NCBI GenBank assembly: GCA_051530055.1
Contig: CM121341.1
Location: forward strand, 7,294,784 to 7,358,783
DNA: 64,000 nucleotides
Direction: 5' to 3'
Source of the DNA: Neoechinorhynchus agilis
Lineage: Eukaryota > Animalia > Acanthocephala
Shown piece after piece: positions 38,236 to 49,605 of this stretch; position 1 is the stretch's first letter, and each line of letters begins with the position of its first letter. Under the pieces are notes generated by a model. The model worked only from the letters and a program-made list of their open reading frames with translations. It ran no database searches and had not been told where the DNA came from. A program made the position numbers and the translations under genes.

Positions 38236-39030
38236 AGTCGGTTACATCGAGAGATAGCGAGTTGTTTTTAGCGAAGAAATTAAATGATCTTGGTTTTAAA
38301 ATCTGAAAAGATCTCTCACTTTCCGAAAAACAGCTTAAATCTCAATTTGACGTTAATCAACGGGAAAACATCGGAGTTTGTGTTTATTTGCGCAAAACTC
38401 AACAATTAAGACGAATAATTCGATACTTTTCGTGTGGGGGGGCGGAGCAATAATCAGTGCCTCTAAAAGAGCAAAACACTCGTAATCCCAATTCATTTTA
38501 TTTTCTCACAACCTCGAAATGAAAAGGAAAAAAGTCCTAACCTCACAAGAATAACCACCGAATTTCGAACCCAACCGAACCCGTGATCCACTCCATAATC
38601 AACATTCATTTAACCTATCAGAAATGGAGTATTTTTGTGGGGACTCAAACGAAAACATTGGTCCTATTCTTTTTTGAATTAACAATTGAAACGTGTTATT
38701 ATTATAATTTGATCTTGAAATCATTTAGAAGCTATTTAAAAACAACTAGAAAAACAAAACAATACCGTCTTGTGCCAACTCCGACGATTGCCCAATATCC
38801 TGGTCGTCCATTTTTAACTTATCTAAAAAAATCTATAAATGAACACTCCGACTTACTTGAAAGCGAATCGCCGCTCCCACAACGAAACCAATGTTTTGAA
38901 ATTGTAGGTTTTTGTCGAAAAGTTGAACGCACAAAACCATTCGTTCGTGTCTATGGCTATTGATTACGTCATTGACGTGCGTCATTCAAGAACACAAAAT
39001 CAAACTTGCAACTGCGATCATCCAAAAAAA

Positions 39031-39179
39031 AGTTTTTACTTTCCAATCGAATTCTATGACTGATATCAGACATTAAAGGTTATTTCTCTCACAGTGAAAG
39101 TTTTTAACGTTTATTTGTTGTTGTTTTGAAATTTCAATGTCTAATATCAGCCATAGAATTCGATTGGAAAGTAAAAACC
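39031..39179. mobile_element. MITE-like element with 42-bp terminal inverted repeats
   Basis: TTTTTACTTTCCAATCGAATTCTATGACTGATATCAGACATT vs the reverse complement of the right end, 40/42 identical. Confidence 0.75.
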
Positions 39180-40055
39180 TTAACTTTCCAATCGGACAAA
39201 ATTTCTGATATCAGACATTGAAATTTCAAAACAACAACAACAAATAAACGTTAAAAACTTTCACTGTGAGAGAAATAATCTTTAATGTCTAATATCAGCC
39301 ATAGAATTCGATTGGAAAGTAAAAACCTTAACTTTCCAATCGGACAAAATTTCTGATATCAGACATTGAAATTTCAAAACAACAACAACAAATAAACGTT
39401 AAAAACTTTCACTGTGAGAGAAATAATCTTTAATGTCTAATATCAGCCATAGAATTCGATTGGAAAGTAAAAACCTTAACTTTCCAATCGGACAAAATTT
39501 CTGATATCAGACATTGAAATTTCAAAACAACAACAACAAATAAACGTTAAAAACTTTCACTGTGAGCGAAATAATCTTTAATGTCTAATATCAGCTATAG
39601 AATTCGATTGGAAAGTAAAAACCTTAACTTTCCAATCGACAAATTCTGATATCAGACATTGAAATTTCAAAACAACAACAAATAAACGTTAAAAACTTTC
39701 ACTGTGAGCGAAATAATCTTTAATGTCTGATATCAGCCATAGAATTCGATTGGAAAGTAAAAACCTTAACTTTCCAATCGGACAAAATTTCTGATATCAG
39801 ACATTGAAATTTCAAAACAACAACAACAACAACAAATAAACGTTAAAAACTTTCACTGTGAGCGAAATAATCTTTAATGTCTGATATCAGCCATAGAATT
39901 CCATTGGAAAGTAAAAACCTTAACTTTCCAATCGGACAAGATTGCTGATATCAGACATTAAAATTTCAAAACAACAACAAATAAACGTTAAAAACTTTCA
40001 CTGTGAGCGAAATAATCTTTAATGTCTGATATCAGCCATAGAATTCGGTTGGAGA
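39140..40055. repeat. Tandem array, ~148-bp unit, about 6 copies, derived from the adjacent MITE
   Basis: ATAGAATTC at 39153, 39301, 39449, 39597, 39739, 39893 and 40038; variable (ACA)n tract. Confidence 0.95.
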
Positions 40056-40433
40056 GTAAAATTTTTGGCTTTGAAATATTTCGCGAGGAAGCATCGTTTT
40101 ATCGTTCACAGTTTGAAAGTGTTAATCTCTTGGTTTTTATTTTCTTTTTTTTGTATGAAAAAAATCCGTAAAAAGCCAGATTTTCCCCGTCTGCAATCCT
40201 CTCCAATTTTCCAAATCACCGTCCGCAAAATCGGAGTTTAGAAAAAAATTGCGTCTGACGGATCTCAAAAAAGTCGCTCGCACAATCACTCGCGATAGAT
40301 TCATTTAAATCCTGTATAAAAAGCAATATAACGCAGAATACAAGCACAAATGGTAGTGTGATTGAAAAAGCGTTATAAAATCATTGATTTTTTTGCACAT
40401 TTATTAATCCAGAACAACAATAGTAACCCAATC

Positions 40434-43400
40434 TCACTCCTCATCGAGTTTCTTCACTTCCGCTTCCCCGGATAACATTTCAATCTTTCTTTTTGCATCA
40501 CAGAGACTTGAATAATACTGCTGGCACTGATTGAAATACTCATTGCTTTGCTTGTACATGAGTTCGGAATCAGCCATGAGTTTATTAAGTTTTTCATTAT
40601 ACTCATCTTCGAAAGGACACTTGATTATGGCCGTAATGATGGAATCATTTACTTCAAACTCATGAACAACTCGTCTACTCAGAGTTGGCAGAAGCTGTGA
40701 GTGAATATTTAAAACGTGATCGTCAATGTAAAGATCGTGAATTGGTAATTGGCAGGGTTGATGTGCGTTTGATGGTCGTTGTTGGTCGTGGTTGTACGAG
40801 CCGAGTGCTGAGATGTATTACAAGTTTAGTCTTCTGCACAAAAAAGAATTCTAATACTTAGAAAAACAAAAGTTTTGACAAAGTGTACCGATTGCTCATA
40901 TTACAAAGCAAAATTATGAAGGTCTCATCGTTTCCCCGCCGCTTCTAGGGATGGAAAACGCAGAATAATTAAGTGGTACGAGTAGACTAAACTTGTCTGA
41001 TGATGGACAATGAACAGAGGAATCCAGGATGTGCAGAATACGTTTTCCCACATCATTGCTACAACGACCTATGAGCATAGAAACAATTGATTCGTTCGAT
41101 TTCAGGAAAGTCTGTTCCATAGGATCAAAGAATGTAAGTAGACAGCAAATGAACATGAGAAACGAAGAGAGCAAAGGTTCGTTATTTTCACCGGACAAAA
41201 TGTTCACTATCTGCTCAGCCAATTCAACTGTCTTTTCACCGAGGTCTTTTAATATACGAGAGTTTCCTGTCAACAGGCCGATAAGAGACGAAGAAGCGCC
41301 TATTCGTGCCTGAACTTCCAAGGATGAATTGAGTGCTACTTGAAACATCGATTCAACTATACCACATAAATCCTCGTCATCTGTTCGATTGAAACAATGC
41401 ATCAAAAGAAGGCACAAGCAATTAACACTTAAGCCAACATCGGCGTTATGTCTTTCTTTTTGAACATTTAGACGGTCAACGAGTTGAGTAAAAAGGGGAG
41501 GAGATTCATCAGTTTTTTCCATGAGCAGATGATCACGGATTCGTCTTTTAATTTTGGAATTCGATTTACATAACGAGACAAGGCATTTGTACGCATTTAA
41601 CTTTAAAGGAATGGGCTGGTGTGGTTCTATAAATGAAAAGAGACGGGAATCAAATCGATCGAATATTTGCGTTTGAACAAGTGAGCATTTGTATCCTATT
41701 TGCGACAAACAGAAGAGGCATTCTGATCGAAATGAAGTTCCATTGGTTAATTGATTAGCAGTGAGTGACAGAGTGTAAGCGAGATGTAAAGAACTATTCC
41801 CTCAACTAAAACGCATACACACTGAAATGAATTGCCTTCAAATGTAATCCAATCAATGAGTTTATCGACGATACCAGAATCCAATAGAGCCAATTGGCAA
41901 TTGTTCATTATGGATTTAACGTTTCCGAGACAATACCCACACACAAGTGCATTCAATACCCTTACACAACCAATGATGTTACGGACTGATTGATCGTTTA
42001 GCGGTTCCGGTGGTGTGGACGAAACACCGTCGGCATCGGTGAAATAGGAAACGGACGGGAACAAATCAGATATTGAGTGGGCGCATTTGTACTAGCGAAT
42101 CTCGTATTCTACTCCTAAAAGGAGCCAAATCGTTTCGAAACGAAAATATCGATCATTAATAAAAGAAAAAGGTTTGTTTCAACCGCGTATAGAGCTCGAA
42201 TAAAACTATAATAGAAACGACAACATGTGGTTGAGAAATCAGTCGACAATCTACAAACTAAAACGGATCGAATCGAAATATTGTTGATTTGTGCGTCAAA
42301 ATTTTAAAATAAATTCACTTAAGATCCAAATGGAGCAGATGAACTTCGACGATCTCAATAAAAAATACTCGCTATTTTGTCTTTTCGTAACAATTAGGAT
42401 CGATTGCATTTTTAGCGGAAGATTGCTAAGAAAATACGCCTTCATACTGTCAGCTAAAGTGAATTTCGACAATTTAAATGAATCCATTTAATTTAAAATT
42501 TTGGTTCCGGCTCGATCAGTCTATGCTGGATTTGGATGAATCAATCGAGAGCAAGAAAGGAATTTTGAAAGAAACGAAATCGTGATCGGTTTTGACAACC
42601 ACGAGCAATGAGGTCCGCGATTGCCTTTTCAGTGCAGAACTTAACGAGTGTAAACGACAAAGCTTGTGTTGGAGAGACTTTGCTTATTGCTCGAGGATCT
42701 GTACATTGAATCTAATAAGAATCCGAGCTTAACGGACTCAAGGGGTACGCGTTGGCCATCGCAATACAGCGAAGAAACATGCAACCGGTGCGAGCAAAAT
42801 AATCCCCGCTGATAAATCCTTTCAATTTTCCTTAGAAACGAATTAATGTGATTGAAGAATCCGACAATGAAAAGACGAGAATTGCTAGATTAGATTCCAG
42901 AAATATTTGCCTAATAGCGTTGTCGACGGTCTTTAGAGTAATTTCCTGTGTACTAGATATCAACAGGTTACCGATAACAACAAGACAATCTTGAGCCACA
43001 ACTCCACCTGCAACTAGGCCGCCTTCGTTACAAATCGTATTGATTAGATACTCGAAACCGCTTTGAAAAGCAACTAAACGGCAAATGTGACTCCGGTTCG
43101 ATCCTTGATTTCGGGTAAGTAGGCCAAGTAAGAAGAGTGCTTCGTTGCGAATAGCTTCCCTTACGTCTTCTAACAGACTTATCAGGGCACTTATAGCAAG
43201 TGGATTATTAGTCAACGTTGCAATCGATGTTTGAGGAGAATTCTGGACTAGACAACAAAGAAGTTGCGTACATTTGAAACGGACGTTAAATTCAGTATTC
43301 TCAAGGCCACAAACCAATGCGTCAACGTTATCCTGTTTAAACGAGAACATTTCGACAAACTGAGTAAGAATATCATGTTTCATCTTCTTTTCTGGATCGG

Positions 43401-43677
43401 TAAAGAGGATAAATAAAATATCAAGGGTAGCAAGAATGCATTCGTCGTGATGGGAAGTGATAAGGTGGTTCGTAAGAGTGCCAAGTGCGATTGTGGCAAC
43501 TTCAAAAGGGTGAGCTCGAGCACCAATCTTAAGTTGATGAAGCGACGTCAGACGGTCTTCTATGAGTTTAGCATTTTGAACACGTTCACAGCAGGCCTCG
43601 ATGATATCATGGACGGTTGTGGGAGAATCGTCCTTCTCCTCAGAGTAACCGAATATGGCACGAAATATGGACGACAT
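40434..43677 (-). CDS. USO1: General vesicular transport factor p115/USO1, multi-exon
   Basis: CERVQNAKLIEDR, LLEDVREAIRNEALFLL, LVAFQSGFEYL...EGGLVAGGVVAQDCL, plus a C-terminal exon (ISALG...LYIDDHV...) not in the ORF track; AATAAA follows the stop at 40434. Confidence 0.85.
40815..40996 (-). other. USO1 splice junction bounded by 13-bp inverted repeats; candidate AG...AC intron (donor at 40988 or 40925)
   Basis: ACAAGTTTAGTCT (40820-40832) is inverted at 40984-40996. Both AG donors join in phase 0 to ...TAATAC|ATC. A GT-AG alternative exists. Confidence 0.4.
41765..41823 (-). other. Candidate AG...AC hairpin intron (59 nt) in USO1
   Basis: (C)AGTGTGTATGCG ... CGCTTACACTCTG-TCAC with an 11/13 stem; phase 1 at both ends. 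The only GT-AG alternative found is 29 nt. Confidence 0.5.
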
Positions 43678-43764
43678 ATCTAAAGTCAAGAATGTTCTTT
43701 AGTGGTTCAACATTTCAAGTTTGTTAATAGATGAACGGCAGGCCAACGTTGTTAAAAAAAGACA

Positions 43765-44073
43765 ATGAGTTGTTCAAAGGAATCCGTCTTCTTACAAAAA
43801 ATAGGTCCCATGCACTTTTGGATCTTCATGAACAATCGAGTTGATTTTGGAGTGGATTATGGATTTGTGAGGCGAGGAGAGTTTGTGAGGTTGAATCTTT
43901 CTCCTCAGCTTCATTTCAAGTTATCATATCCGAGAGAGAGAGAAGATTGGGAGGATGAATTGGGATTACGAGTGTTGTGCTCATTTGAAAATGGGAATGA
44001 AATGTGGTCAATGATCCCGGATTCCAAGATCAAGACGAACTCAGATGAACAACAAGCATTGAATGAGTTCTAA
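43765..44073 (+). CDS. Possible small orphan ORF divergent from USO1
   Basis: 102-aa ATG-initiated ORF with protein-like composition; no family recognised. Confidence 0.25.
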   Translation: MSCSKESVFLQKIGPMHFWIFMNNRVDFGVDYGFVRRGEFVRLNLSPQLHFKLSYPREREDWEDELGLRVLCSFENGNEMWSMIPDSKIKTNSDEQQALNEF

Positions 44074-44399
44074 TTTTAAAGAGAAACAATTGGAATTTGG
44101 TGAATTCGCAGCGAGAATTCCAACTGGATTTTCAGTCTACGGAAGAATAGTAAAATCTCCAGTATTTCGTGTAAATTACGAACCTAAATAAAATGAAGCG
44201 AAAAATTGATTTAAGTACGCAAAAATGCGTTCAAATCCACTGAATTAACAATTTTTTCCCGATACCGCGGATTTTGAACTCCTTTGGGTACTTGCAAGTG
44301 CAGCGTTGGGCCACTTTTAAATAAGCGCCAAAAATGAGATGAAAAACGTGTTTGCAAAGGAGGTTAAATGAAAATAATCTTCATTTTGGGAAAGAATCG

Positions 44400-47300
44400 A
44401 TGTCAGCGGACGTGGTGAAGGTCGCTGGATTCTGATAAAAATAAAGTTTGAAGAATGTGGTTCATTTAGACAGAGTTGGAAAAGCTGAATGGAGCTTCGA
44501 GGCTCATAAATCAACTTGAAAACGATATATCGGTAAGAAGTAGACTGCTGAAATCTTAATATTGAATGTTCGATTATTTAAGAAAATACGATCATCTTAC
44601 AAAGAATGTGTTAGCCGTTACTGCCAACAATTAGATCAAATTGTCCACAAAATCGGAAAATCCGTTATTCAAAGAGCCAGAATCTACTATGACACTGTGG
44701 AAGCTGCTCAAAAGGTTTAAAATTTCTAAGCTTATTTTTTTATAAAGATCACGAAAGAAGAGTTTAATGCTTTTAATGAGTTTTAACGTAGACGCTAGGA
44801 GTGATGTTCTTCCCTTTTAATCAAACTTAGAAATTTTCGTTATTTTCAGCTTTTCGAAATATAATCAAGAGAAAAAAATCCATGGGGATGATAGAGTTAA
44901 AAGCTTCGTTCGGGTCACTTAAAAAAAGGTTTCTATTGTTTTGTACGGCTCGGGTATCCGGGGAGATCGTTATTCCCGAGGTCCGGACGAGTTTAAAAAA
45001 TGCTCTAAACGATTTAACCATCAAGAAAAAATCCACCGGGATGATAGAGTTAAAAGCCTCGTTCGGGTCACCTAAAAAAAGGTTTCTATTGTTTTGTACG
45101 GCTCGGGTATCCGGGGAGATCGCTATTCCCGAGGTTCGGACGAGCTTAAAAATGCTCTAAACGATTTATCCACCAAGAGAGAAAAATCCACCGGGATGAT
45201 AGAGCTAAAAGCTTCGTTCGGGTCACCTAAAAAGGTTTCATTGTTTTGTATGGCTCGGGTATCCGGGGAGATCGCTATTCCCGAGGTTCGGACGAGCTTA
45301 AAAATGCTCTAAACGATTTAACCATCACGAAAAAAATCCACCGGGATGATAGAGTTAAAAGCCTCGTTCGGGTCACTTAAAAAAGGTTTCTATTGTTTTG
45401 TATGGCTCGGGTATCCGGGAGATCGCTATTCCCGAGGTTCGGACGAGCTTAAAAAATGCTCTAAACGATTTAACCATCAAGAAAAAATCCACCGGGATGA
45501 TAGAGTTAAAAGCCTCGTTCGGGTCACCTAAAAAAGGTTTCTATTGTTTTGTATGGCTCGGGTATCCGGGGAGATCGCTATTCCCGAGGTTCGGACGAGC
45601 TTAAAAATGCTCTAAACGATTTATCCACCAAGAGAAAAAATCCACCGGGATGATAGAGTTAAAAGCCTCGTTCGGGTCACCTAAAAAAGGTTTCTATTGT
45701 TTTGCATGGCTCGGGTATCCGGGGAGATCGCTATTCCCGAGGTTCGGACGAGCTTAAAATGCTCTAAACGATTTATCCACCAAGAGAAAAAATCCACCGG
45801 GATGATAGAGCTAAAAGCTTCGTTCGGGTCACCTAAAAAAGGTTTCTATTGTTTTGCATGGCTCGGGTATCCGGACAGATCGCTATTCCCGTGGTTCGGA
45901 CGAGCTTAAAAAATGCTCTAAACGATTTAACCATCACGAAAAAATCCGGGATGATAGAGTTAAAAGCCTCGTTCGGGTCACCTAAAAAAGGTTTCTATTG
46001 TTTTGTATGGCTCGGGTATCCGGGGAGATCGCTATTCCCGAGGTTCGGACGAGCTTAAAAATGCTCTAAACGATTTAACCATCAAGAAAAAATCCACCGG
46101 GATGATAGAGCTAAAAGCTTCGTTCGGGTCACCTAAAAAAGGTTTCTATTGTTTTGCATGGCTCGGGTATCCGGACAGATCGCTATTCCCGTGGTTCGGA
46201 CGAGCTTAAAAAATGCTCTAAACGATTTAAACATCACGAAAAAATCCTTAGGGATGATAGAGTTAAAAGCCTCGTTCGGGTCACCTGAAAAAGGTTTCTA
46301 TTGTTTTTTATGGCTCGGGTATCCGGGGAGATCGCTATTCCCGTGGTCCGGACGAGCTTAAAAAATGCTTCAAACGATTTAATCATCAAGAAAAAATCCT
46401 TAGGGATGATAGAGTTAAAAGCCTCACCCAGGCAACCTAAAAAAGGTTTCTATTGTTTTGTATGGCTCGGGTATCCGGGGAGATCGTTATTCCCGAGGTC
46501 CGGACGAGTTTAAAAAATGCTCTAAACGATTTAACCATCACGAAAAAAATCCATCGGGATGATAGAGTTAAAGGGCTCGTTCGGGTCACTTAAAAAAGGT
46601 TTCTATTGTTTTGTATGGCTCGGATATCCGGGGAGATCGCTATTCCCGAGGTTCGGACGAGCTAAAAATGCTCTAAACGATTTAACCATCACGAAAAAAT
46701 CCATCGGGGTGATAGAGTTAAAAGCCTCGTTCGGGTCACTTAAAAAAGGTTTCTAATGTTTTTTATGGCTCGGGTATCGGGGAGATCGCTATTCCCGTGG
46801 TTCGGACGAGCTTAAAAAATGCTCTAAACGATTTAACCATCAAGAGAAAAAATCCTTGGGGATGATAGAGTTAAAAGCCTCGTTCGGGTCACCTAAAAAA
46901 AGGTTTCTATTGTTTTGTATGGCTCGGATATCCGGGGAGATCGCTATTCCCCAGGTTCGGACGAGCTTAAAAATGCTCTAAACGATTTAACCATCACGAA
47001 AAAAATCCACCGGGATGATAGAGTTAAAAGCCTCGTTCGGGTCACTTAAAAAAGGTTTCTATTGTTTTGTATGGCTCGGGTATCCGGGAGATCGCTATTC
47101 CCGAGGTTCGGACGAGCTTAAAAAATGCTCTAAACGATTTAACCATCAAGAAAAAATCCACCGGGATGATAGAGTTAAAAGCCTCGTTCGGGTCACCTAA
47201 AAAAAGGTTTCTATTGTTTTGCATGGCTCGGGTATCCGGGGAGATCGCTATTCCCGAGGTTCGGACGAGCTTAAAAATGCTCTAAACGATTTATCCACCA

Positions 47301-48565
47301 AGAGAGAAAAATCCACCGGGATGATAGAGCTAAAAGCTTCGTTCGGGTCACCTAAAAAAGGTTTCTATTGTTTTGCATGGCTCGGGTATCCGGACAGATC
47401 GCTATTCCCGTGGTTCGGGCGAGCTTAAAAAATGCTCTAAACGATTTAACCATCAAGAGAAAAAATCCACCGGGATGATAGAGTTAAAAGCCTCGTTCGG
47501 GTCACCTAAAAATGGTTTCCATTGTTTTGTATGGCTCGGGTATCCGGGGAGATCGCTATTCCCGAGGTTCGGACGAGCTTAAAAATGCTCTAAACGATTT
47601 AACCATCACGAAAAAAATCCACCGGGATGATAGAGCTAAAAGCTTCGTTCGGGTCACCTAAAAAAGGTTTCTATTGTTTTGCATGGCTCGGGTATCCGGA
47701 CAGATCGCTATTCCCGTGGTTCGGACGAGCTTAAAAAATGCTCTAAACGATTTAACCATCACGAAAAAATCCTTAGGGATGATAGAGTTAAAAGCCTCGT
47801 TCGGGTCACTTAAAAAAGGTTTCTATTGTTTTGTATGGCTCGGGTATCCGGATTATCGTTATTCCCGAGTTCCGGACGAGTTTAAAAAATGCTCTAAACT
47901 ATTTAATCATCAAGTCAAATAAAGGTTTTTTGCGAAAAGAATTTGTTTTTAGGCTCGGGCTGCCGTGAATGAAGCGTCCGATGAGTACATTCATTCTCAA
48001 TCCGCCTGGGAAGCGATGGCCAACACTGCTTATCTTGCACAAGCACTTTGTGGTCATCAGGACAAATGTTCACAAGAATCGAATGAATTCTGTACATCCC
48101 GAGAATCTTGTGATTGCTTGACTGCTTTACAATCAAAAGTAATTGTTTCAACTTCTTTTTTCTGGGAGATTTATTCCGTTTCATTTTCAGCTAAAATGCC
48201 TAGAGACTAACAGGATGTCGATTGAGCATCATCACAAGCAGAAATCGATTGAGTATCAGTTGACCGTTCAAAAAGCGAAGTATTTCGAAAGGAAATTCTC
48301 TCGTTCAATCAAACGAGCTAAGTGTTTTGCACAATCCATTTTTAGAGCCTAACTTCAATGCGCGCTCTTTTAGATCATATTTCGAGCTGAGACAAAGATT
48401 TAACACGGATTTAAAGGTTTCATCGTACTGGCCTCCACGTCTTCCTAAAAAAATTTGAAGATGATGCAAAATGACTTCAATAAAGTACAATTGAGTTTGT
48501 CTACTCACAAGCAAGTGTATCGAAGTGCACTATGTAAACTAGAGGAGATTTCGGATAAGGTTTGA
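44400..48565 (+). CDS. SH3BP5: SH3BP5 (Sab)-like protein, multi-exon, with a 3.2-kb satellite-filled intron
   Basis: MSADVVK|TELEKLNGASRLINQLENDIS|KIRSSY...LDQIVHKIGKSV...AAQK|ARAAVNEAS...FERKFSRSIKRAK|SYFELR...|...YRSALCKLEEISD parallels SH3BP5; all introns GT-AG; large intron 44715-47952. Confidence 0.85.
44870..47920. repeat. Tandem satellite, ~152-bp unit, about 20 copies, inside SH3BP5 intron
   Basis: GGGATGATAGAG.TAAAAGC...GGCTCGGGTATCCGG recurs about every 152 bp, with sequence variants. Confidence 0.97.
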
Positions 48566-48699
48566 TCTTTTTTTCCCATTTGACGGAACTCGAACTATAA
48601 AAAGATCCGAGACGATCGATTGGGGAAAATGATAGAGCAGGAGACAATCGAAGCTTCAAGTGAAGATATTGGTATGCAAACTAAACACATGGAAGATCA

Positions 48700-48820
48700 C
48701 TTTTTCCAGTTAAATGATCGGCGAATGAGATTGCTTAGCCACTCGTGTTGTCTTACGTTTACAAAAGATAACGAGCCTTCTGATCAAGTACCACTCGTGG
48801 AAAGACATAATAGTGTTTAG
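48700..48820 (+). mobile_element. Degenerate RTE-like LINE fragment
   Basis: DRRMRLLSHSCC...EPSDQVPLVE resembles the RRLRLAGHCxR...EPAxxxxLWE motif of RTE ORFs. Confidence 0.4.
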
Positions 48821-49605
48821 ATAAGGAAGATTTAGAATAAAAGTTGAAACCTCACGTTCATTTTCGAGTCTTTTTTTAATATGGTTCTTAGACTATGCGC
48901 CGATTTTTTTGAAACCATCCTTTTTCATCCCCCCCTCGCTCGTGCCACCTTCTACCAAAAATCTTTCTTCCCCCAAGCCCAATCTTTCCTTATTAACCAG
49001 AGAACAAGGAAAGACTCCCAATCGGTCATCTCCTGTACAAAGCCTCTGATCGCACATTAACACCCCTCCAAAAAACAGTTCCACCTACCTCCCTTGCCTT
49101 CAACATCCGTCATCCATACACCGTTTAGCAAAGATAGATGATGGCAAGTGTGTGGATCCTGCATTTTTTGCATAAACGTGTTTATATAAAACCTTGTTAT
49201 CCGGAATGTGATTAGTAGCCTAAGAAATTGCACTAAACGACTTCTCTTCTTTCATAAAAAGGAGTCTAACGTGCTTTTTTCCAATATTTTTTCCCAAAAT
49301 ATTAGCAATTCTCAATCGTTACTTATTTCCTCGCTATAGATATCGTCAACTAAGGAAGGCGCGTAATAAAGCTTCTCAACAGAGGAGAGATTAAATCCAA
49401 CGCTTAGAGCAGTGTTTCATAACATTTTAATCTGTGTTTTAAGTGTGGCCTTTTTCATGTTTGATAAATTTTGCTTTTAGGCGCACAGCCCATCGATTCA
49501 TTGGTTAGGGAAGTGCTGAGTTTGTAAATCCCTCCGAGCCACACTTAAAAGCTAACGACCGGCCAGACTTCAAAAAATAGACAAAATTCAATTAGCATAA
49601 AATCC

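Noticed and set aside
38583-38963. 126-aa plus-strand ORF
   Set aside because: It has a non-ATG start, an AT-rich intron-like first half and no recognisable family; it may contain a real exon but this cannot be supported.
44880-45030. 152-bp unit as a 5S rRNA array (CTCGTCCGA.CTCGG on the minus strand)
   Set aside because: Only a short partial match; the rest of the 5S sequence and structure is absent.
44827-47922. Many short ORFs in the 152-bp, 307-bp, 394-bp and 117-bp arrays
   Set aside because: They are by-products of repeated units, with frames that change with homopolymer length; there is no evidence of coding function.
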